Source: Amoebidium appalachense (lineage: Eukaryota > Protista > Ichthyosporea). From it: a stretch of DNA of 64,000 bases. Shown here piece after piece: positions 38,471-63,774 of the stretch (within the stretch, counting starts at the first letter, position 1; the number at the start of each line of letters is the position of its first letter). Under the pieces are notes generated by a model. It had not been told where the DNA came from. It searched no databases and saw nothing but the letters and a program-made list of their open reading frames with translations. Made by a program: the position numbers and the translations under genes. Location of the stretch: NCBI GenBank assembly GCA_963693365.1, contig CAVNZM010000005.1, positions 11,803,728-11,867,727 on the forward strand. The letters are read 5' to 3'.

Positions 38471-38706
38471 ATGCTTGTGGCGGCAAAAAAAAAAAAAAAA
38501 AGAGAGAGAGAGACAGGTGCCAAAATTCATGGCAACGGTTTGGCCACTGGTTCGAAGGATATTGATGCTACCAAAATGTAAGGGTGTTACTAAAAATAGA
38601 AAGCTAAAAAAATAGAATTTTCGGGGCGGCCGTGGCTTGGCCCAGACACTGTGACGTCACTCGAACCAGTTCAGTTTTTTACCAACCAGGTTCGAGTGGG
38701 GTTAGT

Positions 38707-38917
38707 ATGGCTGATGAACTTAACAGTTTGTCGGGTGGGGAATGGGCAAACGTGTCAGTGGAACAGAAACTAGAATACCTGCTGAAAAGATCACATGACC
38801 GTGTACGGCAAGCAGAGGTACAGGCTGCTGCGCGTGTTCGGCTCGCAGAGGTGGAGGCTGCTGCACGTATTCGAGAATCCGAAGAACGTACTCGGCAAGC
38901 AGAGGCGCAGGCAGCTG
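38707..38917 (+). CDS. First exon of a small coiled-coil protein gene or gene relic
   Basis: MADELNSLSGGEWANVSVEQKLEYLLKRSHDRVRQAEVQAAARVRLAEVEAAARIRESEERTRQAEAQAA followed by a gtaagg donor. Candidate downstream exons near 39188-39320 and 39416-39453 are unresolved. Confidence 0.45.
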
Positions 38918-40210
38918 GTAAGGACAGTCTGTGCTAGTGAAAGTGTGGATATGTTGCTGCTTTCTGTTGTTCGGGTCTCTGGGCTATTAGGCATATTGCA
39001 TGGCGCCGGAGTACTGTTTGGGCCATGCTCAACGCCACCGAAACCGAGGAAGTTCGTTTCTCACTAACGCATGTGTCGTTGGCTCGCTCCTTTAATACAA
39101 CTCTACAACAACTGACCAGTTGTGCCAGCCTAGATCCTTTTGGCTACTGGTTTCGAGCATTGCTGCCGTCCTTCTGCTGGTGGCAGGATTCGTCTGGAAC
39201 CTCCCCCAACCGATCAACATCATTGCAGGCGGCTGGACAAGCCGCTTCATCAACGACTACTGCCACTTCGTTGATCGTCGACGCGTCTCCGCCTCACGGG
39301 CACAGAGGTACACAACTACGTAAGCGCGATGTGAAGGGCAGTTCAGTAACACAATGACACTGCACCTGAAGTCAGCACATGCCCTCCTCCTCCGTTCTAC
39401 TGAGTCTCTTTGCAGGATTCGTTTGGCGCCACCCCTAGGTCGCCAACTTGAGGGTAAGTCTCCGTGCAAGTCGCTTTCGATCAACATTTCTCGTCAATGC
39501 GTTTCGGCCTCACTTAGCACAGAGGAACACATTGTTTGCCCAAGCCTGCCATGAAAAGAGTTCAGTACAATGGCTAGATTTATAGCCAAGTAAGAAAACT
39601 TTACCATATCGTCGGGAGGCACTTTGGCCTTTGTGTGACGTTACGGGATATGTACCACCGCCACCCACATCTCATTCCATCCCTCCCTTAGACAGTGGGG
39701 GAGATAGGGGTAGTGGTGGTGGTGTTGGTGGTGGTGGTGGTGGTGGGGTGGTGATGGTGGTGGTGGTGGTGGGGAGGGGGGGAAGGGGTTTAGAGATCTA
39801 GAGAGAGAGAGAGGAGGGGGGGGGGGGGGGTTCTTTGGGGGCTCTGGCGGGATACATTTCTCCTGCTGTTGTATAGATACATGCATCCCTAGTTAATACA
39901 TCTGTTTGGTGCTCTGATTTGACACAGTGAGACATCGCATGGGGAGTAGTATGTGCAGTGGCGCTGTAATTCATGTTTTCATCTTCGCTGAGGTTTTTGA
40001 TCGAAGGCTTGTAGATAAGTTCGAGTTTTTTTGTCGAGGTTTGCCTCTCCCCCTTCTAGTGTCTGCTAGTACGAATATTTGCAGGAAGTGTAAAAACTTA
40101 CGATTTATTAGTAAGTTCTGTTCTCTGTACTTCGGCACAATGAACATCTGTATGATTTTCACACAGTGTTCAGGTTTTTAGTATGCACTTGCTTTTGGCT
40201 GACTCGTAGA

Positions 40211-40370
40211 AGTATGCCGCACATACTTGCACATTTATTGGTTGAATATATTCAGTTTAAAGAATAAATTACACGTTTTTATTGCCTTCTAAGTATGCCG
40301 TGCATACTTGCATATCTTTCCGTTGAATAAATCCAGTCAAAAGAAGAAAAAATTACACGGTTTTTGCATA
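40211..40370 (+). repeat. Diverged tandem duplication, about 81-bp unit
   Basis: agtatgccg...catacttgca...gttgaata...aattacacg occurs twice. Confidence 0.7.
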
Positions 40371-40975
40371 ATGATTTTCATAATTCCTGCTGAGATAACT
40401 CCAACACTGCCGGAGATATCTGGCTAAGACAAATCGTAGCACTCCAGTGGATAGTTTATCACTTAAGAATAATCATGGATATATACGGATGTCTATACTT
40501 CCACGCATATGTCACAGTACTTGAATAAAAAAATTACCATGCAGCAACAAAACCTGATACCGAATGGGGTTTTCTCACGACACATGGACTGATATAGATA
40601 TATTATGCAACTAAGCGCATGCAAATATCTACTGAATCTACACAAGAGCATCTATATTTAGCCCCCGTCAATTACTAATTATACACACAATGTTACCATA
40701 TATTTCCTCTTTACATACAATCTACTCGTCATTCACAGTCGAATCCAGCTTACCTACATTCACCAGTTAACGCTTCAAAGCCTTTGTGCAACGGGAAACT
40801 CCTATGCCACAAACGTACAAAAGCAAAACTGAAGGGAGGCTAAGTGAATATTTTTGGTTGTCCGAAACCATCGAGTAGGAGGCAGTGTGTGCGTGTGTGT
40901 GTATGTGTATGTGTATGTGTGTGCGTGTGCGTGTGCGTGTGTGCGCGCGCGCGTGTGTGTGTGTGTACCACGACG

Positions 40976-41022
<47 letters not shown>

Positions 41023-41121
41023 TGTTTGTGTGTACCACGGCTCGTGTGTGTGTGTGACTGTGTGTGTGTTTGTGTGTGTGTGTGTGGTTGGTTGGCTGGT
41101 TGGTGGGGTGGGGGCCCAGTG

Positions 41122-41153
<32 letters not shown>

Positions 41154-41188
41154 AGGGGGGGGGGGGGGGGGGAGGGAGGGGGGGGAGA

Positions 41189-52742
<11,554 letters not shown>

Positions 52743-52847
52743 TGTCGGACAAGGCCCCGAAGTGCCTACGTTTATTATAGTGCATGAAGCTGCCTGTGAA
52801 GTTGATGGGGATGCAGGTGGGAGAGGCTAGAGGGGAAAGATAGAGTT

Positions 52848-52963
<116 letters not shown>

Positions 52964-53022
52964 TGTGTGTGTGTACAGTGTGTTTTAATGGTGCGCCGGA
53001 GAAGATCGGGGAGAACAGTAAA

Positions 53023-53066
<44 letters not shown>

Positions 53067-54424
53067 GGAGGGGGGGGGGCAGGGAGGGGGGAGGGTGGTA
53101 GGGGAAGGGGGGGGGGGGGGGGAGGGGGGGAGGGGGAGGGCGGGGGGAGGGGGGTAGGGGGGGGGATTGGGCATCGATTAGGCAATGCCGGAGATTGTGT
53201 CAAAGGGAACAGGGACACGTGTTCGGACAGACGATGGAAAAGAGAAAAAATCTAAATTCTGACTGAACATGAGTTTGAAATCCGATCGCAGTGCAGGCAA
53301 AGCCTGGCGCACAGGTATGAGTGCATTGAAAATAATGCCAACGATAACAGAAAGGCTTGTCCGAGGCGTGCACTATATTCCCACTTTTTTTATGGTCGTC
53401 TGTTCGCAAATTGTGCCACGGTACGTTGCAGAGTCACCAGGCCCACAAGTCACTTTTCACTTTTCGGTTCGCTTTTAGGTTGGGCAGCCTAGTTAGTAAA
53501 CATTCGAATAAGCACATTATATAGTGTGCCCCGGGCCCTCGGTGGGTTCTCTTTCTATACTCACTGCACATTACACTACTTGCTACATATGAAACTTTGG
53601 TAGAAAGTGGCATGATCGTGTGAGTCACGGTGTGCGCTGGCTCACGCTGAGTCAGTGAGATCTTTTTTTTCAGCCAATCAGAGAGTAGGATCCAGCTTGC
53701 ACTCGATGACGAAATAGATTGCGGAGTTGGATAGGCTTTGTTAACGCATTGAGATTCTCTTGTCTCTTGTTGTAAAGATAGCAATTAAAACTTTTTTTAG
53801 ATGAAAAATATGTTTTTTAGTAGATACTGTAAAGAACTCTTAGAATCTCGTGCCGTGCGGTTGAGTATGATGTGACAGACTCACGATTCAGATGCTAATA
53901 TTAGACTGGTGCCGGGGCTAAATCTCCCATGACTCGATCTAGATTTTGAACTTCGGACTACATGCATAATCTATAAAAACAGCAATGTTTAGCTGGGGTT
54001 TACACACTTTTTATTGCGTGGACACTGCCGGAGGCCCAGCCACATTCGACGGCCTACTGCGTTTTCCAGCGCAGCCAATCAAATGCTTAGCTCGTTTTCG
54101 CATTAATGAATATATTTATATGCAATCTTTATTTTTATTCTGTTTTGTATTTCTGGCATGAACTGTCTGATCAATAAAATGGGAGGCCCTGAGGGATATG
54201 CATAGCACTGCATTAGTCGCTTTTTTCTTAGGCACTTGGTTTGGGAGAAAGTGTGGCCCTTTACATATGGTGACAATTGTGCTGCTGAGACAGTGTCATC
54301 AGTTGACAAGTATTGAGGAATAACAGAAAGACTTGAACTGAACGAAAGACCTGAACTGTATAAACGACTCACAGCACAGCTTGGTAAAAAGTTATTTCAG
54401 TGTTTCATTCTTAACATTTACTAG

Positions 54425-54708
54425 AAAGCCTAAGAATGCCAATTGGTTTCGTCATACCGTGCGTCTAAACGAGATCCGGCCATCTCTCCTCAACGTCTTT
54501 CTGCAATCACCACCACATCTCACTGTTTCTATTCACCACACATGTGATAGGTTTTTCCACTGTTTCAGTCTTAATGTTTTCTATAAAGCCTAAGCATACT
54601 CTAGGTTTCGTCGGACAAACGGACGTCTAAGCCAGATCCGGTCGCGACCACCTCTCTAAAACATCTTTCTGCAATTGCACACCACCACGTGCACATCTCA
54701 CTGTTTCC
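54425..54708 (+). repeat. Diverged tandem duplication, about 160-bp period
   Basis: aaagcctaag...ggtttcgtc...cgtctaa...agatccgg...tctttctgcaat...cacatctcactgtttc occurs at 54425-54528 and 54586-54708. Confidence 0.7.
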
Positions 54709-54879
54709 AGACCATACAAACAACTTGCAGCCTGACTCCAACCACCTATATATCCATGATTTAACCATTTTGCCAGAATGTGGTGGATATACTACAAAAA
54801 AATAAGCAGAAACGCCTTCATCGTGTCTCTTCCTTCACGGTAAGCCTGAATCTAGTGGTCTGAGGGCATATGATACATT

Positions 54880-56171
54880 CACATCAACTGACGTGTTATA
54901 GATTGAATCCCACGAAGCATGACATGATTCATTTTTCTCGAAGGTACACTTGTTGCTGGAAAATCCCCCAGACCCTTGTTGTAATCGAGGTAAAAAAAGC
55001 CATGCCGGATGGTGGCCTGAGCAGTCAGTGATGACCATCATGCTGGTGGTTTCCATCAGCGTGACGTTTGTACTATCAGACGAGGACTGGATCATATGCA
55101 ACATTTATAAGCCTGGAGGCATTGACGACAACGGACGCGATTGTATGCGTTTTCTTCACGGTGGACTTTTTTCTCCGGCTGCTGACCTGTGAGAAAATGC
55201 TCGTCTTTATCATATCGGTCAACCACTCAGTGTTTTTGATTTCCTCTCCATTCTTCCGTTCTACGTTGACCTTTTTTTGGGCCTTGGAAAAGCTGATGGT
55301 CGTCTTGCCTTGTTCCGTACGCTTCGCCTCTTGCGCATTCTACGTCTGGCGCGGGTAGCTCGTCACTGGACCCTCCCGCGGGTTTTCGTGCGTGCTATCC
55401 AACCATCCTCTGAAGGGATTCTCTTCCTTTCCTTTTGTCTCATCGTGCTGAACGCGTGTTCTTTGGCATGGTACCGGTGATGTACTTCGTCACGACTTTC
55501 GTTACCGATCTAAGTGAAGATAACTATTGGTATAACTACCGTATAGGAGAATCGGCGGGGGAGAAAGCGTTTCTGCAGAACATCGGCTCGGCTATGTTTT
55601 GGGTTTACCTCCTGCTGACAGGGAATATGGCGGACTCCCCCGCCACCCTACCCGAACAATTCATGGTGGTGATCATCGCATTTCCTGCCATTGTTGTGCT
55701 CGCTTTCCCTGTGACGATCTTGCGGGATGGCGTTTGCTGAAGCCCTCGAGGAAATCTACCCCCCACCGAGGCAGGAAGATAAGGATGGATTTTGACTAGG
55801 ACTTTGTCAGCAAAGGCGGCAAACGGGTCAAACGGCAAAGCCCTGTTAAGTCATGTTTTGGGATTGGGCGACAAGAACAAGGAATCCAGTTTGACATTTT
55901 TGGATGCTGCCGTATGCGTACACCGTAGGAAAACGATAACGGTCTGTCTCTTAACGTGTTGAAGGAAATAACGTACATTTTGGCTGAGGAAGTTGGAAAG
56001 TCGCAGGCAACCACTAGAAGGTTAGGTGCATTGCAGGAGGTGGTGAATGGAGCAATGAAGGTGGGTGATGGGTCGAATTCAGTGAATGTTGCACCTGAGC
56101 CGAGGTATAATGAGGTTATAGAGGTGAGGGATATAGCTGGATGCAGTACAAGGTTCACGTGCACGTGCTAG
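54880..56171 (+). pseudogene. Intronless, frameshifted voltage-gated (Shaker/Kv-type) channel-like sequence, S1-S6
   Basis: Consecutive ORFs 54950, 55068, 55277 and 55435 give LLENP/S1, S2 (VFFTVDFFLRLL), S4 (LFRTLRLLRILRLARVARH), S5, pore helix (NIGSAMFWVYLLLT) and S6 (IVVLAFPVTIL). At least three frameshifts; the filter reads TGNMAD rather than TVGYGD. Confidence 0.8.
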
Positions 56172-57059
56172 TTGATGATAGTGAAGATTTTTGTAAAAAA
56201 ACTAATTTAGAGTTTTGCATTTTGTACAGTAGTATGTGCTTTTATTTCTCATAGTATGCGACTGTAGCGGAATACTCAGAATGGTTGCCTTCTGCTGAGT
56301 CTTTTAGTCAACTGTTAGACATGGGAATTTTTTCGTTTATTGCGAATTTCTGCAACACAGCACAGTAAGCATACGAGAATGTACGTGTAGTTGTCGAAAT
56401 CATTGGCTATAGATGGTATCAACATCATCGGAACGAATACGTAAATGAGCACGCCGAAATTGGATTTAGAAGTCGAAAGGTATCCTCAAATTCTCATTTG
56501 AGAAAAGACTAAAATAATGAAGTAATGATTGTTTTGGATGCTGTGTTGATTCAGTGACTTGAAATTTTCTAATACTTCTGAATGGTTAATTTAAGGTAAA
56601 ATGTCTGAAGTTTCGTTGTCATGATGCTGTTCTTGCGGTTGGTGCGCCAACTATTTGTGAAATAAGTCGAAACGTGGTAGCAGTCACTGGGAAAAAAAAA
56701 AAAAAAGGAAAAAAAAAACGGTGTAAGGGCGGCTGTGTTCATATTCCAATGGCACAGGAAGGAGCTGTTACTGGGGGGACTTGGTTACACGAAATTTATA
56801 GATAGAGTTGAAACTGCTAAAGCGTCAAACGTGAATTACTCAGCAGTTATTGTATACACACAACCGTTCGGAACGGGCTATGCTCCCGCAACTAAGTTGG
56901 ATCGACACTGTCAGCTAGTGGCAGTTTTTGCACGGTGTGCACTACGAGACTGTGGATAGGATTGGTGCATATGTAACAAAAATACACATTGTTTTGATAG
57001 AAGTTTACGCCCAGACCGGCATGCGCGCACGCTCGCACACGCACACGCACACACACACA

Positions 57060-57112
<53 letters not shown>

Positions 57113-57901
57113 AAAATGTACACTGTGATGCCCATGGCATTTCTCGTGATGATTGCACAATATCGGAAGCGTACACACATTCAATGATATATATATAAGC
57201 ACAACAAATCATCGACAGTGATGCACAGAGACTGTGACTTTCACCAGCGCATGTACATGTACACTGCACCACTGCTGCTAGCTACAGTACCATCACACAC
57301 CGTGGCCACACACACACGTGCACATACGCCGTGCGAAACACGCACACACAAACGCAGAGACGGGGGAGAATACACCCCGGAGCGTGGTATGATATAGTTT
57401 TTGCACATCATAAAGGGCTGCCACGCTTTGAACTCAGTATATATATATAATTACTAGGGAGTGCGCGGACAAGTGTGTGTGGCTGGCTGCCTGTGTGCAC
57501 GTGTGTGTGTGAATACCATCAATGTGTCACTGCATGGGTAAGTCACTGATCATGAGTGTGTGCATGCGTTTTTGTGTGCATGTGGGTATGTACGGATGTG
57601 GAAGGTGGGAGTGCCTTGGTCTCCCCTCCATCCCCCCCCCCCCTCCCCGGCTTCCCCCCCCCCCCCCTCCCCCCACCGCTTCCCCCAGGCCCCCAGCTAA
57701 CGGGGGGTGGCCTGGGTGGTGACTCGGGCGACCCCCCCCCCCTCCCCCCCATCCCCAACCCCCCCATCCCTCCCTTCCCCTCCCCTCTTCCCTCCCCCCT
57801 CTTTCCCTCCCCCCTCCCCCCCCCTCCCCTCCCCTCTTCCCCCCCCCCTCCCCCCCCCCCCCCAAAAAAAAAAGAAACACCCTATAAACTTAGTCGAGAA
57901 A

Positions 57902-57954
<53 letters not shown>

Positions 57955-58304
57955 GTGCCTCTCAACTCTCTGCCTCTCTCCCTCTAGTGGATCTCTCTTG
58001 CTCTGAGAATCTCTCCGTGGCTCTCTCTCCCCTTATCCCTCCCTTCCTTGCCCCCCCCTTCTCCTCCCCCTACCCCCCGTCCCCATCTCCTCTCTCATGC
58101 TCGCTCTCTCCCCATCGAGCTCTCCCTCAGACACTCTCTCTCTCCATTCTCACTCCCTCGTCTCTCCTCTCTCTCTCTCTCCCTCCCTCCCTCCCTCCCT
58201 CCCTCCCTCCCTCCCTCCCTCCCTCCCTCCCTCCCTCCCTCCCTCCCTCCCTCCCTCCCTCCCTCCCTCCCTCCCTCCCTCCCTCCCTCCCCCTCCCCCC
58301 CCCC

Positions 58305-58370
<66 letters not shown>

Positions 58371-59443
58371 CTCTCTCCCTCTCTCTCGCCCGTCCCTCCG
58401 TCTCCCAGACTCCCACTCCCCGCAGTTTCAATTTTGCTGCAAAATACAGTATTATTTAGTACCATCATTTCAATGCAGACATACGGCGATTTATTTTCAG
58501 GCTATAACAAAAAAAGCGGCAGCTACAAGCTATAGCTGCCCGAGTTGGCCCTGCCGCGACTTTCGCGAAGCTCTAGCTAGCTAGAGTCATGCATGCAAAT
58601 ACTCGTCGATAAGCCTTGATCATGAAAGTTGAGTGCACTTGCATTAGCCTACACAGGCTTGCACGCAACATTAACGTGCACACAACATGCATTGCATTGC
58701 ATACACAGTCGCGCCAGAGTTGTAAATTAGAAAATAGTCACACACACACCGAATGCACCGCCCATAGACACACGTGTACATAGACACACACAAGGCGCAC
58801 ACCGTGACACACACACGTGCACCGCCCTGTCTGCTCTGCACGTGAGGGTGCTCATGAGGCGAGTCGCAATCCGGCGCCGCCAGAAATAGAACATCTGATC
58901 TATTTGAAAACAGTTTGAATATGATTGGTGCAATAGAAAAAAAGAGCAAGCATTTCATTGGACACACTGAATGAGACATGAAATGACAACCGCAGTTGAT
59001 TGGTTACCTATGCTCAAAGAATTTCGGAAGTTCTCCCTTGATGTGAAAATATAGAATTGCCCAGATCCAGAGTACAGGAGCCTCGAGGAATTTTCTAGCC
59101 GCGCTTTAGCCAGCCTTTTGATATAACAGCGTTGCTTTTTAACAAAAACTTATGTATTTAATTTTTTTGGTTTATATAATTGATTTGCGTAGCACATCCG
59201 ACCAAAACGGTGTAACTGAACTTATTTGACCAACGCGAGCCTGAGTTTATGGAGACTGGACCTGCATCACGGGATGTTCACAGGCTCACGAAGCACTGTG
59301 CCAAAACGTCATAAAGCCTGGCTCTACTTGTCGCCTCTTCGTTTTCCCCTCCACGTTTAAACGTTTCTGTGTCTTTGTCAAAACTCAAATTAAACGTGTT
59401 AGGCCTCTGTGTAAGTTGAGTTCAAGTCTTTCCAGTTGTAATA

Positions 59444-61242
59444 ATGGCCTTCCTGAACGTTTTCGTAGTTGCCTGCCTGGGCTTTGCAGGTGTGCTTGGA
59501 GACCAAATCAATGTGAAGACCTCTTCTCACTCTGGCAAAGCCAACCCAGGGGGCGTTTTCCTTAACCCCGAGGGCTACGCCACCACGAAGGCTGTTAACC
59601 AGACCTACCTGTGCTTGTATCCAGACTCTTCCTGTTCTCAGTGGCAGAAGGCACGTTGTCAGGTGCTGGCTGCCGCTGGCAAGTGCGAGGTTTTCGTTGG
59701 AAACGCAAACTACCCCACCCTTTCCTACAAATACACCAAAATCGACACCTACACGCTCAACATTGACGTTTATGAAGATGTCAAGTGCGGAAACGAGGCC
59801 CAGGTGCGTCACCTGCTGGAGTCTACCAACGACATGTACACCTGCCCTCCCATCATGGGCATCAACCCGCCCGCCTTTGTTCAGGTATGAATACCCCGTC
59901 GTAAATGCCCCTAACATACAAGTAAGTTGTAAGTTGGTGCTATCCCATGAGTTTGGCTGAAGCGAAAGTTTTACTGCTACCTACGTATACGTGCATTATT
60001 CAAGTTTTGAAGCCTGATGAAAGTGCAGAAATGCCGACGCACGTGACGGTGTATGTAGTCGGAGAAGTACAATTGACATGAATCATGTGCATGGCCGAGC
60101 TTTCTGTCGTATGCTGGTAAGGATTTTCAGGAAACCTACAAACTGCAAGAGGATGAAACCGGTTACCCCAATTAGTAGTTAAATCAGAACGGAAACCACA
60201 AAAGATGATGCTGGGATGTTTCTCGAGCTACGGCAGAACTGGTAATATTTAAACAGAACTTTTCATTTAGGCGCAAATAGCCAGCATGACTAAATCGTAG
60301 TTTCCAGGTAAAATACCAGCCATGTTTCAAGTTTCATGATTAGGTTTGGAGATTCTTCGACTATTTTCGTTTCCGTCTCAGGATTCCAGTCGTGCTTCCA
60401 GCTTCCTTTACGCTTACCTCTCTTGGTTGAGTCTTGTTGTTTTCTGGTAGCCTTTCATTTACTTCTTCCCCCACTCACTTTCTTTCTCCTCCGGTTCCTT
60501 TTTTATCTTGTTCCTCGCACTCTGTTCAGTGCCTAACGCTTGACCTCTGCACAGATTGAGATCAGCAGTGAAGGCAACCCTGGTCTTGACAGTGGCAAAG
60601 GCACCGCCTCTGCTAGCTCCAGCTCCAGCTCCTCAGCACCCGTTGCCACTCCTGCTGTAATCACCCCGTTTTTGTGCCCTTATCATTGTTTGGGGTGGTT
60701 TCCGTTGTTTCCCTTGTGGCTTCCCGTCCCTGAGAGAATGGCACACCTTGTTCTTTCACACATGGTTAATTATGCAGTTACGTGGCCATGTTCAAAGGAG
60801 AAAAGACATGCAGCCGTTGACTACACGGCGATTGTCTCGCTAGAAACAAACAGTCGTCTTCTTGTGAACACCGTGGCACATCTCGGACCATATCCAAACC
60901 ATTTTAAAAGTCACGTTAACACACTACTTAGACCTCTCGTGCAGGATTAATTCCGGGACCTGCAGGGTGCATTGTGTACACAGTTACCTTTCAGATCTGA
61001 CCTCTGGAAGCAAAATCTTTACCCATCCTCTGTTATTTTTGCAGGCCACCACGTCCAAAACTGCTGCTGCGGCGTCGACACCAGCTGCAGTGACCACCTC
61101 TGTTGCGTCTCAGACTGCCAGAGAGCAGAAGGCAAGCTCCCAGATGGCCGTAAATCCTAGTGCTGCTGCATCTGCCATCCCTACCATCGTTACAATGCTC
61201 GTTATTTTCGTCTCGCTGGTGTGCTTTGTCTTTATTATGTGA
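59444..61242 (+). CDS. Secreted, probably GPI-anchored or C-terminally anchored surface protein; exons 59444-59884, 60555-60656, 61045-61242
   Basis: Signal peptide MAFLNVFVVACLGFAGVLG, six-Cys globular domain, Ser/Thr/Ala stalk and hydrophobic C-terminus (SAAASAIPTIVTMLVIFVSLVCFVFIM*). Phase-0 GT-AG introns. Confidence 0.85.
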
Positions 61243-61724
61243 GGAAGGGGCTGCACTGTTAAGAGAGTACCATTACGTGGGAGTTGAAACCGTTTAGGCA
61301 TGTATATACATTCCGCCAGCCATGCATTAAGCTTTTACACGTAGCAATTCAGAGATGTTGTTGGTTGCGAAAGAATACTATTAGGGGCGAGATGTTTGAT
61401 GAATTTTGAAACGTTTTTTATGGAAGGACTCGTTTTCTTGTAAATAGGCAGACTGTACATACGGTTCATCTTGCACAGCAGTCCCGCTGAGAAACCAGCG
61501 CGATGTATGGGGTGCCCTGGTGGCTAGCAGTAATGACAATGATATTATTATATTGACCGACCTTTAACGATCCCGATATTCGTTTGATTTGCACATGTAT
61601 TTGCTTACCAGCAAATGTGTGTTACCTCTCTGGATCTGTGTTCCTTGGGAGCGGCATTCGGCACGTCTCGATGTCCCCCACCCACCCACCCACCCACCCA
61701 TCCCCTTTCCCTCTCCTTTTTGGA

Positions 61725-62770
61725 CCCCCTGCGCTTGGCCCCGCACTCACTCATCCTGTTTCGTATCCCCATATCAGAACCATATTATTAACCCTTCCCC
61801 CCCCCCCCCCCCCCCCCCCCCCCCGAGAATGTGCATTTTGTATATCACAGATTAATCCACATCACCAGCCTCCCCCCTTCCCCTCCCACCCCCTTCCGCT
61901 TGAGCCCTCCATGGAAAAAGACATAGACACAGCCCAATTCTCCCACCTCCCCTCCCTCCCCCTCCCCTCCCCCCCCCCCCCCCCACCCCCCCAGCCCCCG
62001 CCCGGGGCCCCATGGAAACATGAACGAACGCCCAGCCCCAGCTCCTCTCTGACCCCCCTCTGCCCCCATGCGCCCCCCTTTCCCGAAACCCCCGCTTGGC
62101 CCTGCCACCCCCCTCATCCTGTTTTCGTCATCCCCATCTTAGAACCCTATCAGCCCCCCCCCTCCCCCCCCCCCCCCCCCCCCCTCCCCGGAGGGTGGGC
62201 ATTTTCAAAAAGTTGCAGATTAACGCACACCACTAGGCTGAGCCCCCCCCCCCCCCCCCCCCCCCCCCATCCCCCCCCCCCCCCCCCCCCCCCCCCTCAG
62301 ACACATACACAAACACACACACACGTGCAACCCCCCCGGGGCCCCCTGGAACCACACACGCACACCCAGCCCCAAGCCCTCTCTCACCCTCCGGCCCCCC
62401 TCCCCTTCTTCCTCCCCCCCTTTCCCCTCCACCGGGGCCCCCATGGAAGCGCACATACACACAGCCCACTTGAAGTTCCTCCCTCCCCCCTCTTTCTCCC
62501 TCTCTCTCTCCCCCTCTCTCTCCGCCTACCCCCCCCCCCCCCCCCCCCCCCCTCCGACCCCCCCCCCCCCACCCCCCACCCCACCCCAATTCTCCCCCGG
62601 AGGCCCCCATGTTCCGAAGCACATGTACACACCCAGCCCAGCCCCAGCAGCCCTCTCTCACCCTCCTCTCACTCCCTCTGCCTTGAAACCCCTGCGCTTG
62701 ACGCTCAGCCTGCAACCCCGTCATCCTGTTTTCGCCATCCCATACAAAACCCCTAGAGGTATCAGCCATC
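61725..62770 (+). repeat. Diverged C-rich tandem repeat region
   Basis: tcatcctgttt(t)cg...atccc recurs at about 61751, 62114 and 62721, each preceded by cgcttg; ccatggaa...cagccc recurs at about 61909, 62010 and 62441. Confidence 0.55.
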
Positions 62771-62829
62771 TCCCCCCTCCTCCCTCCCCAAAATTTATGG
62801 CATCAATAAAAACCTCCCCCAAAACACAG

Positions 62830-62899
<70 letters not shown>

Positions 62900-63086
62900 C
62901 ATACACACACGCACACACACACACTTGCCCACAGCCTTCTGAATCTTCACACGGTCTAAAGTCTAATAGTATGTATAGGTCGTATCCTTGCCCCACCTTC
63001 TACCTTGTTGCTCCTATTGGTTTAATTCAGAACACCCACTCACCCGCTTGTGCAGTTTTTTTGCACGTTTCGTGAAAAATAGCCAT

Positions 63087-63134
63087 CATGATGGTCCGTC
63101 ACCACGATTACATGATGGTCCGTCACCACGATTA
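63087..63134 (+). repeat. Exact 24-bp tandem duplication
   Basis: catgatggtccgtcaccacgatta occurs twice. Confidence 0.9.
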
Positions 63135-63427
63135 CCATTCATTTCACATGTCGACACGGGTTTCTGTTAAGTCAAGATTCTGGCTGGCTCAGCTGGCTAA
63201 ACCCTCCATCGCAGCTGGCTAGCCGGCTCGAGCCGACTGGACGTCAAAATCTTAAAATACCGATTATGTTATATTAAATTTTATGTTTAAAGTATAAAAT
63301 ACGATTTAGTTTTTTAAAGTTTTTATCTTTTCCATAAAACTGGACCAATTACTACTTGTCATAATCCCGATTCAATTCCGCCTGTAAGATTGGTATTGAT
63401 AGCCTTTATATAGACAACAAATGTCCT

Positions 63428-63706
63428 TTATGATTGGTAGACTATGGGATAGACCACGCCTGGGAGAAGGGTTGGAGGAATTCCAGCAAAGCCGCCTTCC
63501 GGAGCGATTTCGGCACGGCTCGGCTGAGGAGGATTCCGGCTGGCTAGCCGAGCCATAACAGCCCTGTTGCACACACCACCAAATATCACACTTACCACAT
63601 GGACTCCAGCAAATTCTTTCCACACATAACACAATATACCCGTAGCATACTCACAAGTATACACCGTCTCTAGCAAAGCCTAAGTATTCAAAGCAGCCAA
63701 CCCTAG
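63428..63706 (-). CDS. Last two exons (63655-63706, 63428-63563) of an unknown gene continuing beyond the window
   Basis: gtgagt donor and cag acceptor join in phase to give RVGCFEYLGFARDGVYLAVMARLASRNPPQPSRAEIAPEGGFAGIPPTLLPGVVYPIVYQS*. Confidence 0.5.
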
Positions 63707-63741
63707 CTAGGGGTGTGCATTTTGTATATCCACACCACCAG

Positions 63742-63774
<33 letters not shown>

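Noticed and set aside
40767-40801. Alternative terminal exon GVSRCTKALKR*
   Set aside because: The upstream exon already ends in GYTPI* and lacks a convincing donor.
54425-54708. CRISPR-like array
   Set aside because: There are only two long diverged units, no repeat-spacer periodicity, and the context is eukaryotic. No tRNA, rRNA or CRISPR array was recognised anywhere in the window.
61584-62756. 390-aa Pro-rich ORF as an extensin-like gene
   Set aside because: It has a non-ATG start, no signal peptide, and is explained by C-rich repeats.
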